Notes: generated from the letters alone by a model not told the origin. Numbered from the stretch's first letter, positions 30,070 to 39,446 are shown. The stretch: 64,000 nucleotides of DNA from Methanomassiliicoccales archaeon (GCA_026394395.1 JAPKYK010000001.1:223940-287939), one strand, 5' to 3'. Made by a program: numbers and translations.

Positions 30070-30203
30070 TCCCCGATCGATCACTCGTTGTGCGATTACA
30101 TCAGGGGGCATGTCCCAACCCTCTTTTCCTCAGTTCATTCTCGATGAACGGCTCGGAGTCACAAGGGCAGCATCGTTACCGAGGGTGCATCCCTCAACGA
30201 TAG

Positions 30204-30219
30204 TTCAAGAAAAGTTGAA
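30204..30219. promoter_or_regulatory. TTCAA-N6-TTGAA palindrome upstream of the fmdE-tauE operon
   Basis: TTCAA GAAAAG TTGAA(AT); same geometry recurs at 32128. Confidence 0.6.
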
Positions 30220-30341
30220 ATACTTTATCTAATGAATACCATCGACGATTTGAGCATCTATCTAAGACGGATATTAAGAAGTCCGATTCGAGATGAAAAG
30301 GTGAAAAATTGGGAATAAATCAAAGGAAGCGAAGTGAAAAA

Positions 30342-30980
30342 ATGAAGAACGAAACGCAGGTAAAGCTGCCAGACTGGACCTGGGAATTCCATGGCCACCG
30401 CTGCCCGTTCATGCCGATAGGTTACCGGATGGGCGTGGTCGCCATGCGCGAGCTTGGGATCGAGAGGGTCAAGGACCACGGCGCGTTCGCCCTAGCGGAA
30501 ATGGGCGTGGGGCATCCGCAGACATGCATGATAGACGGGGTCATGGCTGCCACCGGCTGCACCTATGGAAAGCTCATGATGGAACGTTTGAACTATGGCA
30601 AGGTGGCGATCACCCTGTACGCCCCGGGAAAGGGAGCGGTGAGGGTCTACCTCAACTCCGATTTCCAGGACCTGCTGGGCAAGGAGGAGTTCTTCGCCTA
30701 CCGCAAGAAAGGGATCGAGCCATCGGACATCCCGGTCGAGCTGACGGAAAGGGTGATCAAGATGGTGATGGAGACCAGCGAGGAACAGATGTTCAAGATC
30801 GAAAAGAAGCCGGATTTCTCCTTCTCCCGCCCGAAAGGCTCGTTCGCCAAGGTCAAGTGCTCGAAATGCGGGGAATACACCTTCGAGCGCTACGTCCGGA
30901 CCGTAGATGGCAAGTCCGTGTGCATCCCCTGCTCGGGGTTCACGGAATCAAGGATCGATGCCTTGAAGGGCATGCAGTAA
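30342..30980 (+). CDS. FmdE family protein with C-terminal zinc finger
   Basis: FHGHRCP, CMIDGV...TGCTYGK, CSKCGE...CIPC. Confidence 0.9.
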   Translation: MKNETQVKLPDWTWEFHGHRCPFMPIGYRMGVVAMRELGIERVKDHGAFALAEMGVGHPQTCMIDGVMAATGCTYGKLMMERLNYGKVAITLYAPGKGAVRVYLNSDFQDLLGKEEFFAYRKKGIEPSDIPVELTERVIKMVMETSEEQMFKIEKKPDFSFSRPKGSFAKVKCSKCGEYTFERYVRTVDGKSVCIPCSGFTESRIDALKGMQ

Positions 30981-30993
30981 AGAGGTCTCTAAA

Positions 30994-31767
30994 ATGGGAA
31001 CCGTCCTCCTGGTCGCCATCGTGCTGGTCTTCCTGATCGCGATGGTCTTCTCGATGTTCGGCCAGGGTGGGGGTTCGGTCTACACCCCCACATTATTTTT
31101 GCTCGGCTACGCGGTACTGATCTCAACCTCCACCTCCCTCGTCCTCAACCTGATCACGTCAGTGTCCGCAGGCTACATATTCTATCGCAACAAGATGATC
31201 GACTTCAAAACGTCCATGATCTTCGTGCCGGGCATATGCATCGGGGCTCTCATAGGCGGAGCCATGGGTAACTTTGTCGATACTACCGTCCTATTGTGGC
31301 TGTTCGTCATCTTCCTCATCGGGGTAGGGGCGCGGATGTTCTACACCTATTGGGAAAAGGGAAAGCCGGAGGGGGAATGTCCGACCGGTTTCACCCCGGC
31401 CATGTACGCGCTCATCACAGTCTTCGGGTTTGCTGTGGGGATACTTTCCGGCCTGCTCGGCGTCGGCGGTGGCATACTCGTCGTGCCCTTCATGGTCTAC
31501 GTGTGCAAGTACCCAACGAAGTTCGCGGCCGGGTCGTCGCATCTGATCATATCTTTCTCGGCGCTCTTCGGGATCATAGGTCATTCGGCATACGGCAGCC
31601 TTAATCTTCCATTGATATTAGTGACGGGAGTAGCGGTGCTCATCGGAGGAAATCTTGGAGCGAGGACCAGTATGAGGTTCAAATCCGGAGCGATGAAGGC
31701 CGGGCTGGGCCTAATCATGTTGGCACTTGCCGCTCAGCTGATCTTGAAACTCCTGGGTTATATGTGA
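30994..31767 (+). CDS. TauE/SafE sulfite exporter family membrane protein
   Basis: GQGGG..YTP and GLLGVGGG..VP internal repeats; 7-8 hydrophobic helices. Confidence 0.9.
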   Translation: MGTVLLVAIVLVFLIAMVFSMFGQGGGSVYTPTLFLLGYAVLISTSTSLVLNLITSVSAGYIFYRNKMIDFKTSMIFVPGICIGALIGGAMGNFVDTTVLLWLFVIFLIGVGARMFYTYWEKGKPEGECPTGFTPAMYALITVFGFAVGILSGLLGVGGGILVVPFMVYVCKYPTKFAAGSSHLIISFSALFGIIGHSAYGSLNLPLILVTGVAVLIGGNLGARTSMRFKSGAMKAGLGLIMLALAAQLILKLLGYM

Positions 31768-31777
31768 GGCGCATATA

Positions 31778-32059
31778 ATGGCGAAGGAACGATCAGAACA
31801 GAGGCAGATGTCCTTGGCAGAGAGGCCCTGTTGCGCGGCCGCGGCAGCGCGCATGATCAAACAGATCAACGTGAACGGATGCTCAATAGGCCTTTCTCAT
31901 CTCGATGAGGTCATGAACGAGATCAAAGCCATGGGTCTCCAGAACGATGCCGAAATCGGAGAGATACTACTGAAGAGGATCAAGATCTTCAATTATATCC
32001 CCCCGAGCGCAAGTTCGGAGTACAAGAGCGCATTGTTGGAGGAATATCGAAAACATTAG
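31778..32059 (+). CDS. Small vicinal-Cys hypothetical protein
   Basis: PCCAAAAAR, IGL..LDE, FNYIP...Y..ALLEEY. Confidence 0.7.
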   Translation: MAKERSEQRQMSLAERPCCAAAAARMIKQINVNGCSIGLSHLDEVMNEIKAMGLQNDAEIGEILLKRIKIFNYIPPSASSEYKSALLEEYRKH

Positions 32060-32127
32060 CATGAACGATCGAAGGACACAGGAAAATAACAATAGTTACG
32101 AAAATATTAATACAGTAAATTAGATAC

Positions 32128-32143
32128 TTCAACATTATTTGAA
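32128..32143. promoter_or_regulatory. TTCAA-N6-TTGAA palindrome upstream of acr3
   Basis: TTCAA CATTAT TTGAA(AT). Confidence 0.6.
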
Positions 32144-32194
32144 ATCCTTATTGTCTCGGCAGTGGGAGAGGTTGGGATGAACGGTGGAGATGCG

Positions 32195-33307
32195 ATGTCC
32201 AGGTCTGCGCCGACAGGTGTGAAAACGCTATCCTTTTTAAACAAATACCTCACAGTTTGGATATTCGCCGCCATGGCATTGGGCATTGGACTGGGCGTCC
32301 TCATCCCCGACCTGGCTGATTTCCTTGATTCGCTCAGCATCGGCACAACGTCCATACCCATCGCCATAGGTCTGATATTGATGATGTACCCGCCCCTGGC
32401 CAAGGTCAGGTACGAGAAATTAGGAAAACTTTCTAGGATGCCAGATACCAAAAAAATGTTCTCGACCTCATTGTTCCTGAACTATGTTATCGGGCCTTTT
32501 CTGATGTTCACCCTGGCCTGGATCTTCCTGCCGGATTTACCTGAATATCGTATCGGGCTCATCCTCGTAGGGATAGCGAGATGCATCGCGATGGTGCTGG
32601 TATGGAACCAACTGGCAGATGGGGATAGCGAGTATGCCGCGATCCTAGTGGCCTTGAACTCGATATTCCAGATCATCCTGTTCTCGTTCTATGCCTACTT
32701 CCTCATAGCCGTTCTTTCCAATATCATATCTCCAGGTTCCGGCGTTAATGTAGAGATATCGATCGTGTCCGTGGCCATCAGCGTGCTGATCTACCTGGGC
32801 ATACCCTTCTTTGGAGGGATGATCACCCGCTACACGCTCAGACCGCGAAAGGGCGAGGACTGGTACGACAACAAGTTTCTGCCTGTGGCCAGCAAGATAT
32901 CGCTTCTGGCGCTGCTGTTCACCATCGTGGTCATGTTCTCTCTCAAAGGGGATTATATCGTCCAGCTTCCCTTCGACGTGGTGAGGATTGCCATACCTCT
33001 GTTGTTCTATTTCCTGATCATGTTCCTGCTATCCTTCTATCTATCCTGGCGTTTCAAGTTCGACTATCCTCACGCGGCAACCCAGTCGTTCACGGCTGCC
33101 AGCAATAACTTCGAACTCGCGATAGCCGTGGCGATCGGGGTGTTCGGCATCGGCTCGGGTGTTGCCTTTGCAGCGGTGATCGGACCTCTGGTCGAGGTTC
33201 CAGTGCTGATATCCCTCGTCAACCTATCTCTATACTTCCGTAGGAAATATTACGATGAGAACGGGAAATTGAAAAAATCAAACGCAAGGAGTGAAGAGAA
33301 TGGATGA
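32195..33307 (+). CDS. acr3: ACR3 family arsenite efflux transporter
   Basis: [51 protein letters not shown]. Confidence 0.96.
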   Translation: MSRSAPTGVKTLSFLNKYLTVWIFAAMALGIGLGVLIPDLADFLDSLSIGTTSIPIAIGLILMMYPPLAKVRYEKLGKLSRMPDTKKMFSTSLFLNYVIGPFLMFTLAWIFLPDLPEYRIGLILVGIARCIAMVLVWNQLADGDSEYAAILVALNSIFQIILFSFYAYFLIAVLSNIISPGSGVNVEISIVSVAISVLIYLGIPFFGGMITRYTLRPRKGEDWYDNKFLPVASKISLLALLFTIVVMFSLKGDYIVQLPFDVVRIAIPLLFYFLIMFLLSFYLSWRFKFDYPHAATQSFTAASNNFELAIAVAIGVFGIGSGVAFAAVIGPLVEVPVLISLVNLSLYFRRKYYDENGKLKKSNARSEENG

Positions 33308-33512
33308 ACGAACAAAGGAACTGGTGGCGATAAGCGCATCGGTCGCGGGGCATTGTCAACCCTGCTTCAAATACCATTTCTTAAAGGCGAAAGAACTTGG
33401 AATAAGCATGGAGGAGATCCGAGAGGCAGTGGGTCTGGCCGCTCGCATCAGCGGGATAGGGGACCAAAGGATGCTCGAGTTCGTGGAGGGGACGCTCCAA
33501 ACGAGCTCATGA
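33300..33512 (+). CDS. Carboxymuconolactone decarboxylase/AhpD-like protein
   Basis: [19 protein letters not shown]...A...G....EI.EA. Confidence 0.85.
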   Translation: MDERTKELVAISASVAGHCQPCFKYHFLKAKELGISMEEIREAVGLAARISGIGDQRMLEFVEGTLQTSS

Positions 33513-33579
33513 TGTTCGCCCCAGATATCGAAACGGAAGAGAGCGATCATCGAAAAGAACGAGGAAATGGATGAGATCT

Positions 33580-33682
33580 TGGTGCTCCCGCCGGGATTCG
33601 AACCCGGGTCTTCGCCTACCTTCCACCGCCTTTCAGCGATGTCGAAAGGGCGGGATGATTGGCCGGACTACACTACGGGAGC
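33580..33682 (-). tRNA. tRNA-Glu(TTC) with a 25-nt intron at 37/38 (33618-33642); CCA encoded
   Basis: GCTCCCG/CGGGAGC acceptor stem, GGTTCGAATCC T arm, CT-TTC-G anticodon loop; intron forms a bulge-helix-bulge with a GAAA-capped hairpin. Confidence 0.95.
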
Positions 33683-33798
33683 CTTGTGCGCGTTGATATG
33701 AGAAAATATACTTAAACTTAGTGAATTGGAAACGCCGGGACATAAGCAGATACCAGACGAAATCGTTCAATGAACAAAATCCTTGAAGAGCTGAACGC

Positions 33799-34878
33799 TC
33801 ACGACCGTTTGCCCTTCTTCGCCCGAGCGGATGGCAGGTTAGAATAGTCCACATGCACACCGTCACCGTCCAGCTCGATCTTGTCGATTGCCCTGAACTT
33901 GATCCGGGTCTCCTGTTTCGTAACCACCGGGACAAGGTAGCTCTCGTTCTCATGGGTCATCCCGCCCTTCCTCTGCCCGACGAACTCCCGGTGCCTCTGC
34001 AACCTTCCTTTCACCAGTTCGTTCGCCAGGTCCTTGGAGCTCAGCAAGCTCTCCAGGATGGCCGGCCTCAGCGTTCCGTCCAGCTCGTAACCGACGCTGT
34101 TCCTGCCTGCGGCCATGCACGCCATGGTCGTCGTCCCCGTCCCCAGGAACGGATCGAGGACCAGGTCGTCCCTTATCGAGAACATGTTGACCAATCGATA
34201 GGCCAGCTCCAACGGGTAGGCGGCGCTCCTCTTCCTCGACCTCGCGTCCTTTATGACCTGCCTGGTGCCATTGAAGGCCCATATATCGGAGAACCATTCG
34301 TTGCGCTCCTCCCAGAAGTAGGCGCTCTCGTACCTTCGTTCGTTCTCTTCCGCCGAGAACACCCTCTTCCCGCCCTTCCTGAATATTAGGACGTACTCGT
34401 GCTCGAGCGTGACGTAAGCACCGTTCGGCAGCATGCCCGAACCCATGAACTTGTTCGGCGCGTTGGTCTGCTTACTCCAGATAATCCCCGGAAGCTCGGA
34501 GAAGCCCAGATCCCTCATCTTGGAGATTATCCTGGCGTGATTGGAGTACAGCTGGAAGTCGCTGCCTATCTTTCGGGTGGCGTCCCCGATGTTTATACAG
34601 ACCACGCCGCCCGTCCGGACCAGCCGGGGTAAGTTCCTCCAAACCTGGTCCAGCTGCCGGTGCATCCGTTCAAAGGCGCCGTTCCCGTCTTTATCCGTAA
34701 GACAGGTCCCAATCTCTGGGTCAAGCTTGGAGAACAGGTCATCCCACATCCCTATCATGGGATACGGCGGGGAGGTGACGATCAGATCAACGGAACCGCT
34801 CGGTAAGGCGCTTAGATCTCGTGAATCACCCACGATGATCCGATGGACCGTTGGTTCGACCATTGTCATCTGAGACAA
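33799..34878 (-). CDS. Orphan N4-cytosine/N6-adenine DNA methyltransferase (beta class), CTAG-methylase (Zim/M.MthZI)-like
   Basis: TSPPYPMI.MWD (motif IV) precedes DPFLGTGTT (motif I); NKFMGSGMLP and YVTLEHEY segments recall archaeal CTAG methylases. Confidence 0.88.
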   Translation of the reverse strand: MSQMTMVEPTVHRIIVGDSRDLSALPSGSVDLIVTSPPYPMIGMWDDLFSKLDPEIGTCLTDKDGNGAFERMHRQLDQVWRNLPRLVRTGGVVCINIGDATRKIGSDFQLYSNHARIISKMRDLGFSELPGIIWSKQTNAPNKFMGSGMLPNGAYVTLEHEYVLIFRKGGKRVFSAEENERRYESAYFWEERNEWFSDIWAFNGTRQVIKDARSRKRSAAYPLELAYRLVNMFSIRDDLVLDPFLGTGTTTMACMAAGRNSVGYELDGTLRPAILESLLSSKDLANELVKGRLQRHREFVGQRKGGMTHENESYLVPVVTKQETRIKFRAIDKIELDGDGVHVDYSNLPSARAKKGKRS

Positions 34879-35035
34879 GATTGCCCATACTAAATTATTT
34901 GCACCTTTTGAATTTTATATAACAATTATAAAAATTAATATTATTATATAATTAAATCAAAACAATAATCCCGTTCCCGTCCATCCCACGCCTCCAAGAA
35001 TGTTTTATATATCAAAAAATAGGCTACCACTGCGC

Positions 35036-35863
35036 GTGGCCAATTCCAACAAACAGTGCTCAAAGTGCGGCAAGCCGTTCGTAGAATTGTACATCGTCCA
35101 AGTGGTCGCCGTCATCCTTGCGATCTATCTTTTCGCCATGTTCTTCTTCAACCTTCTGGTGATAGACGACGATTGGATGAAGGAGCAGCTTTCCTTCATG
35201 GAATCGTTCATGCCCTTCGGATTCGAATACATAATAATATCCATCGTCGCCCTGATGATCACTTTGCCCATACTGATGGCCGGCGTCCTTCCCATCTTAG
35301 AGAAGAGGCACAAGATGGCCGGCGGGACCATGGCCTGCGCGAAATGCAAGGACGTGATCGTCCGCGAGCAGCAGGAAGCGGCCACCAAGGCGCAACAGGC
35401 CCAGGAGGCCCAGGCCTACGCCTACATGACCAAGGTCGAGAACACAGAGAAGAACGATCCCTGGGTGGGCAAGCTGATCAAGGTCTGGAAGAACGACCAC
35501 CCCAACCAACTGCCCGAAGAGACCATGCTCAACGAGCTGTCCATGGCCCACAACATGGAGCGCGCCGGCAATTACGAGAAGGCCGCGGTCATCCTGGAGA
35601 AGTACAGTTTCTATGAGGAGGCCGGGCGGGTGCGCAAGCTGGACGATGAGAAAGTAATAAAGCACATCACCGTGGACATGAACGCGCTCATCGACCAGAT
35701 CAGCACGAAAGGTCTGGCCATACCCTACAAGTGCGCCTCCTGCGGCGCCAGCATCACCATCGACAAGGACTCCAAGAAAGAGGGTCTGAAGTTCTGTTCG
35801 TACTGCGGGACCTCATATAACATCGAGGACATGACCAAGATAATCCAGAGCGCCCTGGACTGA
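35036..35863 (+). CDS. Hypothetical membrane protein with zinc ribbons
   Basis: CSKC, two TM helices, CAKC, helical region, then CASC...CSYC; start uncertain. Confidence 0.7.
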   Translation: MANSNKQCSKCGKPFVELYIVQVVAVILAIYLFAMFFFNLLVIDDDWMKEQLSFMESFMPFGFEYIIISIVALMITLPILMAGVLPILEKRHKMAGGTMACAKCKDVIVREQQEAATKAQQAQEAQAYAYMTKVENTEKNDPWVGKLIKVWKNDHPNQLPEETMLNELSMAHNMERAGNYEKAAVILEKYSFYEEAGRVRKLDDEKVIKHITVDMNALIDQISTKGLAIPYKCASCGASITIDKDSKKEGLKFCSYCGTSYNIEDMTKIIQSALD

Positions 35864-35963
35864 CCTCGTGGTCTGCTCCAGCAGGCAACTCCTTTTTATC
35901 TCTGTTACACCAATGTTATATATCGGAACGGGTTTAAAGGAAACCTACCATTGGAGGCTTCCA

Positions 35964-36305
35964 TTGAGCAACGAACCTTTCACCCAGGGAGACCAAAGCG
36001 CTGAGAGCGAGGAGATACTTCGCTGCCCGTACCCGAACAAGAAGGAGGGCGAACTATTCGGGATAGCGGACCAGCTGCTGGGTGCCTCCCGTATCAAGAT
36101 AATGTGCGCCGATGGCAAGTCCCGCATGGGCCGCATCCCTGGCAAGATCAAGAAGAGGATGTGGATCCGCGAGGGCGACCTGGTCATCGTCAGCCCCTGG
36201 GACTTCCAGGATGACAAGTGTGACGTCCTTTACCGTTACACCAAGACCCAGGCCAACCATCTGAGCCGCAAGAAGGTCCTGCCGAAGAACCTGGACATAT
36301 TCTGA
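35964..36305 (+). CDS. eif1A: Translation initiation factor aIF-1A
   Basis: LLGASRI, RIPGKIKKRMWIREGDLVIV.PW, YRYT; TTG start after GGAGG. Confidence 0.95.
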   Translation: MSNEPFTQGDQSAESEEILRCPYPNKKEGELFGIADQLLGASRIKIMCADGKSRMGRIPGKIKKRMWIREGDLVIVSPWDFQDDKCDVLYRYTKTQANHLSRKKVLPKNLDIF

Positions 36306-36312
36306 GGGATCT

Positions 36313-37104
36313 ATGCCCCACGAGGACAAGCACATCCTCAAGCTGGACCGCAAGGTCGAGCAACTGCGTCTAACACGTTCCTACGAGAGCTCGCAGGAAG
36401 GGCGCAAGGTCATGGAGGAGGTCTTCGACAACCTCACCCTCGGCGTCATCTTCAAGCTCACCTGCGAAAAGAAGATCGCCAGCGTCGATTTTCCCGTTTC
36501 CACCGGCAAGGAAGGCAACGTCTTCCGGGCCACCACTCCGGACGGCACGCTTGTGGCGCTTAAGATCTACCGCACCTCCAACGCCACCTTCAAGAACATC
36601 GCCAAGTACATCGAGGGCGACGCCCGCTTCAAAGGGCTCACCGGCAATCCGCGCAAGCTGATATACGCCTGGTGCACCAAGGAGTTCAAGAACCTCAACC
36701 GCCTGGAGCAGGCCGGGGTCCGCGTGCCGCATCCCCGGCGCTTCCTGAAGAACATCATCGTCATGGACTATATCGGCGACGCGGTCATGGCCGCCCCGCA
36801 GCTGCGCTCCGTCCGCGTGGACGAGCCGCAGAAGGTGTACCGCGAGATCATACGTTTCATGAAGCGCGCTTTCCAGAAAGCGAAATTGGTGCACGGCGAC
36901 CTCAGCGAGTATAACATCCTCATGCACGAAGGAAAGCCTTACATAATCGACTGCGGTCAGGCCATGTTGACCGACCACCCCAACGCCGTGGAGTTCCTGA
37001 AGCGGGACGTGAAGAACATCAACCGCTACTTCCGCAGCATCGACGTCGAGGTGTGGAGCGACGAGACCGTCCTGAAGTACGTCCAGGGGGTTAGAGGCCA
37101 ATGA
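36313..37104 (+). CDS. rio1: RIO1 family Ser/Thr kinase
   Basis: STGKEGNVF, LKIYR, VHGDLSEYNIL, IIDCGQA; conserved aIF1A-rio1-dim2 order. Confidence 0.95.
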   Translation: MPHEDKHILKLDRKVEQLRLTRSYESSQEGRKVMEEVFDNLTLGVIFKLTCEKKIASVDFPVSTGKEGNVFRATTPDGTLVALKIYRTSNATFKNIAKYIEGDARFKGLTGNPRKLIYAWCTKEFKNLNRLEQAGVRVPHPRRFLKNIIVMDYIGDAVMAAPQLRSVRVDEPQKVYREIIRFMKRAFQKAKLVHGDLSEYNILMHEGKPYIIDCGQAMLTDHPNAVEFLKRDVKNINRYFRSIDVEVWSDETVLKYVQGVRGQ

Positions 37105-37646
37105 AGATCGTGAAGGTTCCCAAGGAGCGCGTGGGCGCGCTCATCGGCCAAGGCGGCGAGACCAAGAGGTTCCTAGAAGAGAGGACCGGGCTCAAGATCT
37201 ACATCGACGCCGAGGAGGGCGAGGTGTCCTTCGACGAGACGAAAACCGAAGACCCGTTGCTCCCGCTGAAGATCATGGATATTGTAAAAGCGATAGGCCG
37301 CGGCTTCGCCCCGCAGAAAGCCTTCCGTTTACTGGACGACGACGAGTACCTCGAGCTCATGGAGATCGACGACTACGTGGGGAAGAGCAACAACCAGCTG
37401 ATCCGCGTCCGCGCCCGGGTCATCGGTGCCGGCGGCAAGACCCGCCGCATTATCGAAGACCTGGTCGGCGTGAACATCTCCGTGTACGGCGACACCGTGG
37501 GCATAATCGGCAACTCCGTGCAGATGCCGGTGGCCCGTACCGCCGTGGACATGCTGATGAGCGGTAGCGAGCACGCTACCGTCTACCGCTACCTGGAAAG
37601 GAAGCGCCCCGAGCTGCACATCGCCGAGATGGGCTTCGAGCTCTGA
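37101..37646 (+). CDS. KH-domain rRNA processing protein (Dim2/Pno1)
   Basis: LIGQGG, AIGRGF, VIGAGGKTR, GSEHATVY. Confidence 0.93.
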   Translation: MKIVKVPKERVGALIGQGGETKRFLEERTGLKIYIDAEEGEVSFDETKTEDPLLPLKIMDIVKAIGRGFAPQKAFRLLDDDEYLELMEIDDYVGKSNNQLIRVRARVIGAGGKTRRIIEDLVGVNISVYGDTVGIIGNSVQMPVARTAVDMLMSGSEHATVYRYLERKRPELHIAEMGFEL

Positions 37647-37654
37647 ATGACGGG

Positions 37655-38527
37655 TCAGCCCTTGTCCCCGAACAGCTCGACGTTCTTGGCGCGGTAGTCG
37701 TCCAACCCCCGCCGCTCCGTCCTCCCATCCGGGAAAACGGTGATCCATGTCTTGGACGGGCCCCCCTTGCTTTCTTTGAGGCAGCTGCGGCTGCTTACGG
37801 TATTCGGATAATATGCGCGGGCGGTCATGGCCGCCGACTCCAGCTCCTCGTCCCCTGGTGTCCTGGACATAAGGAAGGGGCTCAGCTCCGCTCGGAAGGG
37901 ATTTATGCGGAACTCCAGGTCCAGAGGGCGGCAGTCCGCCAGGAAGCGGGCTATCGCCACCACCTCGTCCTCCTCCACCAGTCCGGGGATGAACAGGGTG
38001 TTCACCACGGTGCAGATTCTGGAGCAGGCATAGGCGACGTTATTCAGGACCGGGGAGTTCGAGGCACCGGTGTACCACCTGTGCTTCTCATCGTTCACAG
38101 CCTTGACGTCCACCAGCAGCTCGTCCATGCCTGCCCTCAGCAGTGCATCGAGGAGCGCGGGCGTCAGCAGTGAGGCGTTGGTCTGCACGGTCACCCTCTT
38201 CGATATGTCCTTCAGGGACCGCACCAGGTGCACCAGGTACTCTTCGTCCAGGGTCGGCTCTCCCCCGGTCAGGAGCACCTCCTCCGGTCCTTTACCGTAA
38301 AGACCTTGGGCGGAGGTCTCGATCAGTCGTACTAGCTCGGGCACGGTAAGCGGGGGTCCCACCTCCTTCTTGGCAATGGAGAAGCATCCTCGGCAGTCCA
38401 GGTTGCATCCGGAAAGGGTCACCCAAACCCGGGGGACGTATTCCGACAAGGTGATGAAGGGGACGTGCCGGGAAGCGGTCTGCGTCCTTTCTGCCCCCTC
38501 ATCTTCGGTGTTAGGCCGACGAGGCAC
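37655..38527 (-). CDS. Radical SAM protein (PFL-activase-like)
   Basis: GCNLDCRGC, TGGEPTL, QTN, VDVKA....H...TG.SN. Confidence 0.88.
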   Translation of the reverse strand: MPRRPNTEDEGAERTQTASRHVPFITLSEYVPRVWVTLSGCNLDCRGCFSIAKKEVGPPLTVPELVRLIETSAQGLYGKGPEEVLLTGGEPTLDEEYLVHLVRSLKDISKRVTVQTNASLLTPALLDALLRAGMDELLVDVKAVNDEKHRWYTGASNSPVLNNVAYACSRICTVVNTLFIPGLVEEDEVVAIARFLADCRPLDLEFRINPFRAELSPFLMSRTPGDEELESAAMTARAYYPNTVSSRSCLKESKGGPSKTWITVFPDGRTERRGLDDYRAKNVELFGDKG

Positions 38528-38531
38528 GGCC

Positions 38532-39446
38532 TCACCCCTTCTGGTCCAGCAGCGCCTTCAGGTTGCGGGGGAAGATGGTGAGGTCCAGTCCCATCGGTTC
38601 CAGCCGGGCGGTCATCCTCTTGGCCTCTGGGCCACTGAAGTCGCCCTTCATTAGATAATCGGTCTCCTTTTCCGTCAGAACGTTGCAGTGGACCATCCAG
38701 TCCTTGACGCTCTCGTTGGCCGGGCATACTTTCTGGCATATCATGCAGCCCACCACAGCGTTGTGCATGCCCTCGGACACGTACGCGGGGAAGGGCATCT
38801 CCGTGGGCATCTCGTTGTGGTAGGTCAGGCACCTCTCCGCGTGCAATAGGAAACGGTCGTCGGATATAGCCTTGGTGGGGCAGGCTGCGGCGCAAGCGCC
38901 ACAGTCATCGCATCTCTTCATGGCCCGCACCTCCTGCCAATCGTCCGGAAGCTCCCTGTTCGTGAAAAAGCTGGTCAGGCGATAGAAGCTGCCGTATTTC
39001 GGGATGTAGGTGATGTTGTTCCGCCCGTACTGCACCAGTCCGGTCCGAGCCGCCAGCGTCTTGTGCGGCAATATGGCGCGCATGAGATGCACCCCGTTCC
39101 CGTCGCCCCTCTCGATGAGGTCGACGATCTCCATGTCCACTTCGACAGCATGGGCGTAGGTGGGCGGGACGATGGCCTTGACCTTCCGCCCCTTCCAGAC
39201 GAAGGTCACCTCGCAGGTGGGCTGTGGTACGGCCACCACGATCAGGCTCTTGGCCTTGGGGAAGGACTCAGGTATCTGATAACGGAAGCGGAACAGGTAG
39301 GTATCGTAGAGATATTTGTCCAGGGAACCGTCCTCGCGCCAGCGCTCCACGTCCCGCTTCACCTCGTCCAGGTGGGAGACGGACAGGGAGCTGACCAGGT
39401 ATCCCTTGTCCCGCAGGAGCTGCAAGATGTCCTTATGTTTGACCAT
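38532..39446 (-). CDS. QueG-like 4Fe-4S double-cluster protein
   Basis: K..AARTGL..YGRNN, YGS, CDDCGACAAACPT, C.TY.NE, GCMICQKVCP. Confidence 0.85.
   Translation of the reverse strand: MVKHKDILQLLRDKGYLVSSLSVSHLDEVKRDVERWREDGSLDKYLYDTYLFRFRYQIPESFPKAKSLIVVAVPQPTCEVTFVWKGRKVKAIVPPTYAHAVEVDMEIVDLIERGDGNGVHLMRAILPHKTLAARTGLVQYGRNNITYIPKYGSFYRLTSFFTNRELPDDWQEVRAMKRCDDCGACAAACPTKAISDDRFLLHAERCLTYHNEMPTEMPFPAYVSEGMHNAVVGCMICQKVCPANESVKDWMVHCNVLTEKETDYLMKGDFSGPEAKRMTARLEPMGLDLTIFPRNLKALLDQKG

Larger units (their letters stand above)
26300..33579. mobile_element. Putative genomic island at the tRNA-Glu 3' end (defence plus metalloid-resistance cargo)
   Basis: Visibly more AT-rich than flanks, typical cargo genes, abuts a tRNA 3' end; no integrase or att repeat seen; left boundary approximate. 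Confidence 0.5.

Noticed and set aside
30101..30190. Minus-strand micro-ORF remnant MHPR*RCCPCDSEPFIENELRKRG, possibly a decayed metal-binding gene
   Set aside because: Too short and interrupted to support without a homology search
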